64,000 nt of DNA from Azolla caroliniana (GCA_043228905.1 JBHGNT010000014.1:12214001-12278000), one strand, 5' to 3'; numbered from the stretch's first letter, positions 12,930 through 24,726 are shown. The notes: generated from the sequence alone by a model not told the origin. Program-made: numbers and translations.

Positions 12930-13553
12930 TGTTGAGAGTCAAACCTCAAATCTGTGTGAAAGACTAACTCGGAAATACACAACACACGTGAAACAACAAA
13001 TGCACAATACACAATGATTTACGTGGAAACCCTAAAACGGGGAAAAAAACCACGGGAACAGAGATTCCACTATACAAAGAGAAGTACAAGGTGAGATCAC
13101 ACAATACAACACTCTAAAACCGAGTGTATCAGCCGCATAAGGCTCTTGACATCCAAGCTCACTTAGTTATGGCGCCGCGCTCTTCTCACTCTCTCTTGCT
13201 CTCACGCTCTACAACTCTTCTATTCTACACTATTCTTAGCACACATTACACTCATATCTGTTTGCCCTAGGTGTATTTATACTAATACACAAAATGGGCT
13301 ATTTACAATCATGGCCATTATTATTATCTAATAAATAATAATAGTCTTAGTACTGATCCGCCAACTCATCCTTCGACTGTCGGGTCGGTTCGACTAGTCT
13401 ATCTTGTCTTCAACCTCGATCAACTCTTGTCAACTCTCCATGTCGACTCTCTTAGAGTCAACTCCTCGACTGTCGGCTCTCATCTGACCAGTCGGTTACA
13501 GTCCCCTGTCTTCGATTGTCGGCTCCTCCCACAGGAGGGACATATTCCTAACA
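12930..13553 (-). mobile_element. Solo LTR (Ty1/copia type)
   Basis: TGTTG...TAACA ends; TSD CGTCA/CTTCA (1 mismatch); contains TTACGTGGAAACCC...AACCACGG (reverse of the typical copia U5 motif); homologous to 28178-28735. Confidence 0.85.
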
Positions 13554-14339
13554 CTTCATGATGATGAAAACCACACACAGATTATGGTCAGAATTGCCAA
13601 GTCATGCTTGTTGCCTGCCTAATGTGCACACACCCCTTCATGCAGAATTCAAGATCAGCGAGCATGCACTACCTCTCGACCTAACTTTTCTTTTCACTCC
13701 TGTCGGATAATGAAAACCGCTTCTTACCGCCCGCGTCTTTTTTTCGAGCACGAGTCCAAAAATGTTGGTGGCGCCCCCCCTTTTGCTTGTATGCATGAAG
13801 GCCAAGAAACTACCATGAATATCGAGAGCAGACAAGGAAGAGCAACATAATATAAGTATGATTTATATTTGCTATTTCAATTTCTAGAGTTTTGAGTTTG
13901 GAATCAATAATAATATATAATGAGGAAATATAAGTAGATGTTCGTCTAGTGGGGTTTTTTTCCCTTAGTCAAAACACTCTAAGTGACATTTTTAGAGCGA
14001 CTTTTAGGGCAAAAAGCGAAGTTATTTAAACAGATTTATAGCATTTTCCCAATTCCTAGGAAGCTCTATGGTCTAAGGCCCAAGGAATGGCATAAACTAC
14101 TATTACTCAGTCTGCGTTTAAGTACGTAAATGATTGCGGAATCCTTCTTCAATGGGATAGTGGAGCGTTGTGCATTGTCATTCAAATAATCAGTATAAGC
14201 CTCACTGTGTTAAGAAATGGAACTTTAGTTGAAAGCACCATTAGCCATTTGAGAGCATTCTTGCCTTTGAGAATAAGACGAGATAGTGAGTCGTTCCTAC
14301 TCTCTAGTCAGTGGTGAATTTGGCGGCTTTTCTAGCAAT

Positions 14340-16161
14340 AGTGGAACAAAACATTAGTCCACATTGATCTAAGCGAGCATGGTTTTCTTAGAAGGAGGGA
14401 AAGGGGGATTCCAAGAGTTCGCTAACACTTCCAAAAGAGGGGAGGAAAGCTATAGGGAAGGGAAAACTGCAGCGAAAAGAGCTCGGGTCTGTAAGGGGAA
14501 AAGAAGCAATAACACACAAGGAGAGAGGGAAAAAGAGAGATTGACGGAGACTAAGAGACAACGTTGTAAAAGAAGAACTCTATGTATCATTATGCTAGTG
14601 GGAACACTTTATATAGAAATCTTCAAAAGTAAGTTACAAAATAAGTTGTAATTGATGTAATGGTTGTAACTGATGTAATAATTTAATGTGTAATGTCTAC
14701 TATAGATATTTATATTATATCCTAACACCCCCCTTAATATAAATATTCTATATACTCTCTTTGTTGTGGTCAAGCTTAAGTCCTAGCTTCGTACAACACT
14801 GCCAATGTTTTTGGTGTGGTGTTGGTTTAGTGAGAAAATCAGCCCACAGTGATTGTTGAAGTATATTTGAGTTCAAGCTCTTTCATTTCGACTAAGTCTC
14901 GTATAAAGTGATGTTTAGCCTTTATATGTTTGTTTTGGTTTGTGAGTTTAGGGTTTATAGCAATCTTGATACAAGATTGATTGTCACAATACATTTTTAT
15001 ATGTGACAACTTTATTACATCTAGTCCTTTTAAAATACTGTTGAGCCACAAGCCTTCTTTTGCCGCTAGTGTTGCGGCCACGTACTCGGCTTTGGTGGAT
15101 GATAGCGCCACCATTGTTTGTTTCTTCATTCTCCGCGATATAGCTCCACCTGGGAACATGAAAACAATTCCCGAAGTAGAGCAAGATGAGTCCACATCCT
15201 CCCCCCTCCCCCAATCGGAATTTGTCCATCCTTGAAGAGGTGACATGAGCCATCCTTCAAGTGAGGACAAATTCCAAGATTTGAGAGGCCTATACATTAT
15301 CACCATATCTTTCGTGTGCTTGAGGAACCTTATCACCCTCTTGAGAGCTTCCCAATGTTTAACACCAGGATTTTGCATAAATCTTGAAAGGTAGCCTCCA
15401 CGCAATGACAAGTCAGGTCTCGCCAACTTACAAGATAACAGATACTCCCAAGTATTTGTTGATAAGGGATTGTCTTCATGAATTGGATTTCCTCCATTGT
15501 TGTTGAGCGAGCAAGCTCAACTGTATCCGGATCGGCTGAACAAGCCAGAGCCGGATCGGTGTCCGGAACTAGGAGCCGGATCGGTGAGTTGGATTGGAGA
15601 AACAGATCAGAGAGCTGGATTCAAATGTGAACCGAAAGGCTAGTAGTAGCCTATACTCCTAGACTACTAGGTAGTCAGAATCCTCGTAGTTAGTGTCAGC
15701 CGCTCGTATGAGCATTGAAGTACATAGTACTTATGTCAGTCCTTTTGAGGACTTGTATAAATAGTGTTGTTTAGCACGTTGTATAAGTAGTGTGATAGAG
15801 AGTGTTATTTTTTTTAATAGAGTTTGTTTTCTGCTCTCTCTACTCTCTCTACTCTCTTTGTCTCTTTGTCTGTCCCGTGTATGCTAAATACTCTCAAGCT
15901 TCCATTGAACTTGTGTTTTTATTCTCTGCTGCTACCCGGCTAAACCGGTTTTGTCAAGCTTCCGCATGCTAACTTTGACAATTGTCTTAGGAATATCCTC
16001 AATAGAGAGCTTGCATGGGGCCATCATTGGTGTTAGTGTTGGCTTGCATTCTTGCATTTCATACTTTCGTAATATTTCTTCTATTGTCTTCTTTTGAGAT
16101 ATTGAGAGAGTTCCCTCAATTTGATTATGAGATACTTTGATCCCAAGGCAATATTCCATGG
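14340..16161 (-). mobile_element. Truncated Ty1/copia element (RT C-terminus, RNase H, PPT, 3' LTR)
   Basis: RT/RNase H motifs EYCLGIKV, RPDL, ALSSTKAEYVA, YCDNQS, KHIKAKHHFIRD (14839-15426, 15981-16159); PPT AAGGGGGG abutting LTR start TGTTAGG at 14727. The LTR outer end near 14340 is uncertain. Confidence 0.85.
15501..15980 (+). mobile_element. Solo LTR inserted in the copia RT
   Basis: TGTTGAGCG...TTGACA with perfect TSD ATTGT (15496-15500 / 15981-15985); 5' end matches the reverse complement of the LTRs at 35937-36335 and 41214-41612. Confidence 0.9.
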
Positions 16162-16386
16162 TGTTGGGAAAACTGGTCCCTCCGGATGGGATCGGACAAG
16201 CCGGATCCGGAAGGTATACAGATCGGATTTGGCGTGAACCAAAAGTAAGGACATGTTAGTAAATATGTTTTGATGTGCTTGTTGACATCATACTTGTAAA
16301 TAGCCTGAAAGTTATATGAGTATAAATAATTACGGCAAAACTTATTGCAATGTGTTTGCAAGTTAGTTACCTGAGTCGTTACCACT

Positions 16387-16388
<2 letters not shown>
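16162..16388 (+). mobile_element. LTR 5' fragment
   Basis: Starts TGTTGGG exactly where the copia RT breaks off; contains CCGGATCC-type motifs like the 15501 LTR and a TATAAAT box; ends at the (AG)n tract. Confidence 0.5.

Positions 16389-16418
<30 letters not shown>
16389..16418. repeat. (AG)15 microsatellite, probable 3' tail of the adjacent LINE
   Basis: Direct reading; adjoins the presumed LINE 3' UTR piece 16420-16481. Confidence 0.9.
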
Positions 16419-16423
<5 letters not shown>

Positions 16424-16481
16424 AATATTGTCTTTGGAGGTCAAATATGACCTATGAGACCAAAAATATTACATTTCACGG

Positions 16482-17004
16482 TGTCGCGTTGTTACGCGCG
16501 TGCGTGTAGAAGGGGCGGGACCATAGGGGTCTTGGACTAGGGAGTAGAGGAGAAAGAATAAGATATGTTTGGAAGCTTAGCTCAAGAGGAGAAGAAGAAA
16601 GAATAAGATCACCACATAGAAGGAGAGATTGATGGAGGTAAGATACTCAACAAGATATATTAAAACGAACGAACGATTACAACAATGGTGGCCGCATGGG
16701 CCGCACCAAAAACCATGAGAAAACCCTAACCGAGGATGAATAACGAAACCCTAAACGAAACCCTAACCCTAAAATGGTAAGAACTCTAGACTAAGTGGTA
16801 TGCCTTTCATACGCAAAATAGGCAACCCTTCATAAGTGACCCCTCCCTTTTATAGCCCAAGGAGGGAGGGACCTTACAATGTGGGACAAAATTTCCCCTC
16901 TTATTTCTATACACCATTTCCTAGTTCACGTGTGCACATATTGCACACCACCGACTTGCCCTTTCCACCCCAGTTTCCGCCTATGGACGAAAATCTTCAT
17001 GACA
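16482..17004 (-). repeat. 3' outer LTR (type A)
   Basis: TGTCG...TGACA; PPT TGGGGGCAGA on the minus strand at 17005-17014; differs from 24216-24726 by about 18 substitutions and one 12-bp ACGAAACCCTAA duplication (manual count). Confidence 0.92.
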
Positions 17005-17564
17005 TCTGCCCCCACCAAACCGCACATCCACCGGTATGTGCCAAGAAGGGGAAACAGGTGAGATCTTCGGCCATGGCGGTCAACCGAGTCCTTAGCGTCT
17101 TTGTCAGCTTTGCCCGACTTCGTCTTCCACTTCGAGCAAGCCCATCCGTCCCACATGGACCACCGTAGCCTCCCAGTCCGCCATATCCATCGTATGCTCT
17201 CGAACCGTCGGCTCCATCTGATCCACCATACTCGACGGAGTTCGCCGAACCACTGTCTCCGCCCGGTCCGCTAGACCCGGTCTTTGCAAACCTCTCTTTG
17301 TCTTCCTTCGTTTTCCGTGCACGACCTTGGACGGAATCCTCGTTCTTCCCAACCATTTGCCGGACATTGCACCATGTGCTCTTCTTCCACACTTGTCTCG
17401 CCTTGGCCGCTTCCTCAACTCGGCACTGTCATGCACTGAACTTCGTCGTCGATCATCCTCGTGCTCGTCGCTCGGCCCTTACACGACCACATCGCACGTC
17501 TTGCACTCCGCTCCGCTTTGCGTACCCTTTCGAAAAGGTACATTGCTTCTGGGTTCACCAAAGA

Positions 17565-18252
17565 TGTCACGTTGTTACGCGCGTGCGTGTAGAAAGAGGT
17601 GGGACCACGGGGGCCTTGAACTGAGGAGCGCGAGAGAGAGAGAGAGAAGAGGAGATTTGCAGATACGCAGAAGGGAGAAGGAAAGAGAAAGAAACAGAAC
17701 ACTTAATTACAGTAACAGTCGATTACAATATCAAGAGATTACGAACTCTGACGATTATAACTGGCAAGGCGGCGATGGACCCGACACGGGGATCCTACTC
17801 ACGCACACAGATAGAACACACTGGACCCCTAAAAAAATAGAAGTGTGGAAGGGAGAGCCTCTGCTGGCAGTGCACGGGCTACCCATGAAGCAGAGGCGTC
17901 GAACTCCCAGCACCCACAGAGAATGACGATCGGAGGAGGAGAGAGAGCTCGGCACTCGGTCCTGCCACACTTCGTCCTCCCTAACGCCCTTTTCTTTTCT
18001 TCCTTCTCTCCCTCCTTAAATAGTTCGCAAAAAGGAGGTGCCCCTTTCTCCCTAGTCAAAACCACTTTATTCCCTGTCCCTTTCGACAGAGATACGCACA
18101 ATCCCCTAATAAATGTATACTACCTATTATTTACATCAGCCGGCCCAATTATGAATCATGTACAAAAGATCAATTCACGCGTCCACCCATGTAAGAGCCG
18201 GTTCATGCGCCTTTTTCTCCGATTCCGCCTATGGCCGGTTTTCTTCACGACA
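17565..18252 (-). repeat. Central LTR (type B)
   Basis: TGTCA...CGACA; preceded on the minus strand by PPT TGGGGGTGGA (18253-18262) and followed by TCTT-TGGTGAACCC (17551-17564); shares only the termini with type A; resembles the solo LTR at 42800-43489. Confidence 0.88.
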
Positions 18253-18320
18253 TCCACCCCCACCAAACCGCGCATCCACCGGCATGCGCGAGAGACGGGT
18301 AGATACCGAAGAAACTGGCT

Positions 18321-21300
18321 TCACTCGTCGCTCTCCGATTCTCCGTCGAGCCCGAACCGATCGTCGTCGTCGCTCTCGCTCGCCGGCTCCGGCTCGTCTT
18401 CGAACCGCTTCTTGAACGCTTTGATCCGCTTCCTGGCCACCGGTACTGCTAACCGTGTCCCGTCGAGTTCCACGAGGTGGTACTTGCCATTGTCGTTCGC
18501 GCTCGTCACCGTATAGGGCCCGAACCATCTCCTAGCGAACTTTCGCACCGTCTTGTGCTAATTGTCAAGGTTGTTGTCGTATACCAAGACCCAGTCGCCT
18601 TCCGCGATCTTCTTTGGTCGCAACCGGTGCGTCCGGTTGAACTGGGTCTTGTTCCGCTCCCTTGCCGCCCGCAGCTTTTCCTTTGCCTATTTCACATCCT
18701 CTAGCCTCCACTCGAGTTGCCGAATCCGCGCCGCCAGCAACTCCTCCCAGCTCATCTCGTCCTTCCAATCTACCGCCGCCCATGAAGAAACCGTCCGTTC
18801 CACCGACATTATCGGCTTCTGTCCGTACATCAGCTCTACCGGCATAAAGCCTGTCACCAAACTGTGCGTAGTTCGGTCCGCCCATAGTGCGTAAGGAAGG
18901 AGCCGCAGCCAATTCCTGACCTGCCCTCCGCATGCATGCACCAATGCCTTTACGATCGGCCCGTGCCCACATTCTACCTTCCCGTTCGCCTCCGGATTGT
19001 ACGCCGTAGTGAGGGAGAGTTTGACCCCTAGCCGGTCGAACAACTCCTCAGCTTCCCGCGCATCCAGCTCTCCCCGGTCCGCCACGATCCTCTCGACACA
19101 CCCGTACCGACAGACCACCTCTTCGATCAGGAACCGGCATACCGCCGCGTTTGTCTTGTTTTGTAGTGCACGGCCTTCCACCTGGTTCGTTAAGTCTTCC
19201 CGCGCAAGCACCAGGTATCACATCTATCCTACTCCAATCGGCATCGTCACCAAGTCCACCATCCACTTAAAATGGACCATAGGCGGGTAGGTCGGGTGTA
19301 GCTCATCCCGATGTCGGACTACGGAGTGCATCTGACAACTTTCGCAAGTCGTTACGAACCGATGCACGTCCCAGTACAGCCTCGGCCACCAGTACTTCTC
19401 CTTCAGCTTCTCGAATGTGGCCCACGTTCCGCGGTGCCCGGCCCAGGGACTCTCGTGAAATGCCACTAGTAATTCCTCCTTTTTTTCTTTCTTTGCCACT
19501 ACTCAGAGCAGGATGCCATTTCTTTTCTTTGGGTGCCTCCATATGCACCCGTCCCGTAGGAAGAATCGGTACGCCTTCTTCCGTACCAGGCTCGCCTCTT
19601 CTCTCATCCACGCTACGTCCGGCGTCATCGCCCGTAGGAACCTCCCAATTTGGAGCCACTCCCCGTCATACCTGCTTTCGTCAAATTCGTTAAGCACCGG
19701 AGTGTCCCCTTTCCTCGTCGTCACGTTAGCCGACCTGAAGAAGTCCTCACTGACTTCTTCGTCATCCGAAACCATGTCGTCTTCGTCGTTGAACCTCACT
19801 CTCGAAAGCATGTCGGCCATGGCGTTATCTTTTCCGAAGATGTGCCATATCTCCGGGTTCAGAGACTTAATGTACGTTATCCACCGGAGCATTGCTAGGT
19901 CCAGCGTCGCGCATCCGGAAACCATGCCGAGTATCGGCAGCCAGTCCGTCTCGATGATCACTTCTGTCCCGACCAGATAGTCCTTGTCGGCCTTGACTTC
20001 GTCATCCGAAACCATGTCTTCTTCGTCGTTGAACCTCACTCTCGAAAGCATGTCGGCCATGGCGTTATCTTTTCCGAAGATGTGCCATATCTCCGGGTTC
20101 AGAGACTTAATGTACGTTATCCACCGGAGCATTGCTAGGTCCGGCGTCGCGCAACCGGAAACCATGCCAAGTATCGGCAGGCAGTCCATCTCGATGATCA
20201 CTTCTGTCCCGACCAGATAGTCCTTGTCGGCCTTGACTGCCGAAACGATACCCCAAAGCTCGCGCTTAACTTGGGCGAATCCTCGCTGCCACTCGCTCAT
20301 TACCTTCGCCCCGAACTGGATCGGGAACCGAACGTCGTCCTTGTCCTCCTGACTGATTACCCACCCGATCCCGGTTGGGCTCATGTCCACCGTCACGCAA
20401 ATGGGGACTTCCTTGCCGTAAACCGCTTTTCGGAGAGCTGGTGCCGCAGTAAGCGCCTCCTTCATCCTCCGAACCGACTCCGTGTGCTCTGTCCTCCACT
20501 CGAACCTATGCCCTTTCTTCAATAGCCCTTAGAGCGGCTCCGCAACATGCGCGTAGTGCGGAATCCAGATGTGGTAGAATGCGCACGCCCCCAAGAATAT
20601 GTGGACCTCCGTAACCGACCCGCAGTCGTCCTTCATCGCGAGGATGGCTTCTACCTTTGCCGGAGACGGTTTCCTACCATATGGCTTGCACAGGTGTCTG
20701 ACCACCAAGATCTCCGACTGCCCAAACGCCGATTTTTCTCCGGAGAAGGTGAGTCTTGCGCTCTCGAGCCTCTGTAGCACCCTCTCGCAGTCGTTGATGT
20801 GGTTCACGACGAACCTCCGGCATCTGTCTTGCCCGACAGTCTCGTCTGCATCTTCCCCCAGACACCCCTTTATCGGGATGTCGTCCAAGAATGGCATGGT
20901 GATGTCCGGGATGCAGTCCCTCAGCACCTTGTTCATTGCGTTCACTATATGCGCCACTGAATTCGTCTCGCCTTGTGGTAGGGTACACATCCGTACTAGG
21001 CCGAGAGGAGTTCGCATCGTCGTGATATCCCTGCTCTCCATGGCTAGCTGGAACTGGTCGTACCCCGAGTATAAGTCATCGAACAAATAGATCGACCTTC
21101 CAGCGAAGGTCTCCGCGAACTCGTCTATGGTCAGTCCGACTCCTGCATTACGGATGGTCACCCTATTGACTGGTTGCAGGTCCTAAATGAAGCGCAGTGT
21201 GCCGTTCTTCTTCGGCACCGTAAACCACCGGTTTGAATATGGGGCACTTGACGATTCGAGGATGCCCATCTCCACCCTTTGCTTCAGAAGCTCCATCAAC

Positions 21301-24198
21301 TACGGGATGTGAGCTCTCGGCACCGGAATTGGTTTGAGATTCCACGGTACATGCGGTACCGTGAAGATCACCATCGGTTCAACGATCGTCGGGTCCACGC
21401 ACCCGATCTCCTCCGGCGAGAACGCGAAGGCTTTCCCATGCCTTCCGAGCATTCTCCAAAACCTGTCCTCCTCCGCAGGCAGTAGAAAGCCACCCCCACC
21501 GACCTTGAGCTCCCGTAACGTTATGTCAGTGAACCGGTGCCCTATGCCAGCCGGATTCCGTAAACTTGGGTCCGACGCGACCCCTTTTATCCGCTCCTCG
21601 CTGCCCTTCGGCAAGGGTGCCGCGACTGGCTTCACCTTCCGGTCCTGGCCTCACCTTCCGGTCCATAGTCTTGTACTTTGTATCCACGCGGGCCGTCTGA
21701 TCCGACCTGATCCTTTCCCCGAAGTTCGCGATGACTTCGTACATTCCCATTGAACCAATCGGAACGGTCCAGTCTTCTCTAAGGTCTTCATCGATCACCT
21801 TTCGCAACTCGCCCAAGGTGTCGTCAAAAGAGACTGCCTCCACGGCGCCGCTGATTTCTTTGTCGGGGGAGAGGACTCCACATCCCCTGAGTCGCTCCTC
21901 CGCTCGCTTCCTCTCCCGGTCGCTGACGCCGGCTATAGTACAACCTCCGTTTTCGGAGAACCAAAACTTCCTACCTACTGTACATGTGTGGGGTTCTTCC
22001 GGTACGTTCGGACTACCGCAGCCCCACGCCTTGATAGCCCTCTCTAAAACTCCCCTCGGTTGTTGCCGCCGAGGGTCTCACGATTCCTCTCATGGTTCAG
22101 ACGTACGGTCATGAATTGGACGGAATGCCGTCCGTCTTGGCTCTTGACGTGCACGTACGCCGAATTGTTGTTCAGCACCTTCGTCTCCATGCATGCTACC
22201 ATAATGTACGGTTCGCCGAGAATCACTGGGTGTGAGGATGTTTCCTGCACGAAGAAATGTTGATCTATCTCGACGTCACCGATCTTTACGCATACATTCG
22301 GGCACGAACCATGCAACTCCTCCGTAGCACCCGTCATCGTGCGTATCTTCCACCCATGCTTGGTGTTGATTGGCCATTTACCCTTCTTGTAGAAATCCAT
22401 GGACATCAGGTTGATTTCAGATCCATGGTCTACCAAGGCCACCACCGGTTCCGGAACGTCGCCGATCCGCATAGGGGTTTCCGTAGTTGCCCTAGCCCAA
22501 TGCAGCTTCGCGTAGTCGCTTTCCGCCAACTCGTCTTCTAGGGCCGTGTCTTCTAAGTGCGTAGTCCGCACCTCCACCGGCTTCTCCGGTTCCGGCTCCG
22601 TCGAGAGCCTCTTCCGTTTTATCAAGTCTACGATGGAGTCGTGGAACTCCCGCTTGGCGATTCCCAGCACCTCCCGCAACGACAGCTCCACTTTACTGTC
22701 GAGTCTTCAAGGACCTTCCGTAGGTCCATTGCTCTCTCGATTCGGTGCTCAACCGAAACCCCGCCTGCTTCTTCCCATCCGGCGCGCCTGGGTTGCCGGC
22801 ACCGGTCGGTTTCGGTCCGAACCGGGTCTCGTACCTCTACGGGGGACCGACCCCTCTGGCCTTTCCTGCCCGTTTGTCTTCCACCAGAACCTCGTAGTTC
22901 TGGCAAGCGGCTTATACGAATCCCATTTTCTCTTCGACCAGACCATCCCATCCGGTGACCTCCTGGACCCGTTGTTCCGCGCAGTCCGCCTCTTCCTTCT
23001 TCAGCCGAACTTCGGCGAGGCCTTCTAGCACTAGCAGCCAGAATCCGGAGTCTTCTGCCTTCCGGGTCTCATCACCCCCGACCTGAATTCCCGCCGACAC
23101 TGAGTAGTTAACGGCTTCTACATGCCGTGCCGCAGCCTCTTCCATCAACCTCTTCATTCCGTCGCGCTCCGTATTCAGCTCTAGGGCTCTCCGGGTCTCG
23201 CTCGTGTGCACCCGCCCGTTCTAGAGGTACACCACATTGGTCCTGAGTGCGTCTGCGAAATCCGCGCAATCCTTCCGAATGTGACCGATCGTGTCACACC
23301 ACATGCACCGCTGCCCAGCCGGCGGCCTCCGGTTGCAAGGTTGTTCGCCGCTGTCTCTCCGGGCCTATGCGATTTGCAGGTCACGCACCATCTGTGTCAG
23401 CTCCTCCAGAGCCGCTCCTCCGGATGGGCCTCTGACCACGTTGTTCGATGCCAACCTCGACTCCAGCCAAATTCGGGTCTCTTCCTTCCTACCGGCTAGC
23501 ACTAATACCGGCTCCTCGAGCCTCCTCGCCGGGACCGGCTCTGACCCCGACAAGCTTTCATCGCTCCAATCACACCGTTTGTCGAAACGGCTGCAGACTC
23601 GTTTTACCACACCCCAGTCTGCCGTGAGCCCTTCGCCCGTTTCCAATAGGGGACCCACCCTTTCCCTGTTGAGCGTGTCCACCGACTTGACAAACAGTAG
23701 TACTCGACTTGTTTCGAGCACGGTTCGGTCCAGTGTCAACAGTCGCGCGAACCGTTTTTCGAATTCCTGGAGGAGCGCCGACATGTTCCTCCCTTTTCTG
23801 GGGCTTTCCACCCACGCCATGAAGTCCCGCCTCGACAGCCGAAGAGAGTCGTCAAACCCGTACTTCTCGAGGAGCTGCAGCTCGAACTCCTCCCAAGTCT
23901 GGCATCCGGCCAGCACCTCGAGCACCTCCGCGTGGATGCTCGGCGTCACCACCCGAGGGAATCCGGACAGCCGCCTGTCCACCGGAATATCCCTCATGAT
24001 CATTTCGGCCCGGTAAGCCTCCAAATAACTTGTGGCGTCTTTCCCTCCGAACCGGCCCATAGTGCCGACGATCGATTCAATGGCTCTATCGAGGGTATCG
24101 GTCCCCTCACGAGCGCTTACCAGCCGGTCGACGGCTACCGCCATTGCCTTTGCTAGCTCTGATCCCCTCATCTTTCGACTCCTTTGCCGCCTTTTCAC
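18321..24198 (-). pseudogene. gag-pol of the composite element (disrupted)
   Basis: gag 23365-24198 and knuckle CMWCDTIGHIRKDC (~23265-23310); protease ALVDHGSEIN (22044-22691); RT DLYSGYDQF...PFLDD (20529-21161); RNase H (19503-20522); integrase HESPWAGH..CESC, VADRGE, NGKVECGH, RWFGPY (18321-19499). Confidence 0.92.
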
Positions 24199-24211
24199 GT
24201 CGGGTTCACCA
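24194..24211 (-). promoter_or_regulatory. PBS complementary to tRNA-Trp
   Basis: Plus strand TTCACGTCGGGTTCACCA equals the 3' 18 nt of plant cytosolic tRNA-Trp(CCA) as I recall it; the same PBS occurs at 52098-52115. Confidence 0.8.
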
Positions 24212-24215
24212 AAGA

Positions 24216-24726
24216 TGTTGCGTTCTTACGCGCGTGCGTGTAGAAGGGGCGGGACCACGGGGGTCTTGGACTAGGGAGTAGAGGAGAAAGAATAAGATAT
24301 GTTTGGAAGCTTAGCTCAAGAGGAGAAGAAGAAAGAATAAGATCACCACATAGAAGGAGAGATCGGCGGAGGTAAGATACTCAACAAGATATATTAAAAC
24401 GAATGAACGATTACAACAATGGTGACCACATGGGCCGCACCAAAAACCATGAGAAAACCCTAACCAAGGATGAATAACGAAACCCTAAGCCTAAAACGGT
24501 AAGAACTCTAGACTAAGTGGTATGCCTTTCATACGCAAAATAGGCAACCCTTCATAAGTGACCCATCCCTTTTATAGCCCAAGGAGGGAGGGACCTTACA
24601 ATGTGGGACAAAATTTCCCCTCTTATTTCTATACACCATTTCCTAGTACACGTGTGCACATATTGCACACCACCGATTTGCCCTTTCCACCCCGGTTTCC
24701 GCCTATGGACGAAAATCTTCACGACA
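24216..24726 (-). repeat. 5' outer LTR (type A)
   Basis: Near-identical to 16482-17004; followed on the minus strand by TCTT plus the Trp PBS. Confidence 0.92.

Larger units (their letters stand above)
12500..13840. other. Probable nuclear insertion of mitochondrial DNA (NUMT), interrupted by a solo LTR; limits approximate
   Basis: Carries the organelle-type trnA. Flanks contain GCAA/CTTG runs, G/C homopolymer pairs (GGGGGCCCC) and a short palindrome reminiscent of seed-free plant mtDNA spacers. Inference only. Confidence 0.45.
16482..24726 (-). mobile_element. Three-LTR composite Ty3/gypsy retrotransposon (tRNA-Trp primed, no chromodomain; Phygy-like)
   Basis: LTR-A 24216-24726, PBS, gag-PR-RT-RH-INT (18253-24198), PPT, LTR-B 17565-18252, PBS, 560-bp unit, PPT, LTR-A 16482-17004. 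TSD CACGG/CAGGG (1 mismatch). Inserted in a LINE 3' region. Confidence 0.88.

Noticed and set aside
16720-16775. AAACCCTAA repeats as an interstitial telomere
   Set aside because: Only a few isolated units inside an LTR, also present in the partner LTR.
17740-17790. CTGACGA as a hammerhead ribozyme core (retrozyme)
   Set aside because: No stem II followed by GAAA could be built, and the motif is antisense to the element. An Infernal scan of all LTRs would settle it.
17327-18516. ORFs of 199-223 aa as an extra antisense or env-like gene
   Set aside because: They cross LTR boundaries and show no recognisable domain; expected in GC-rich repeats.
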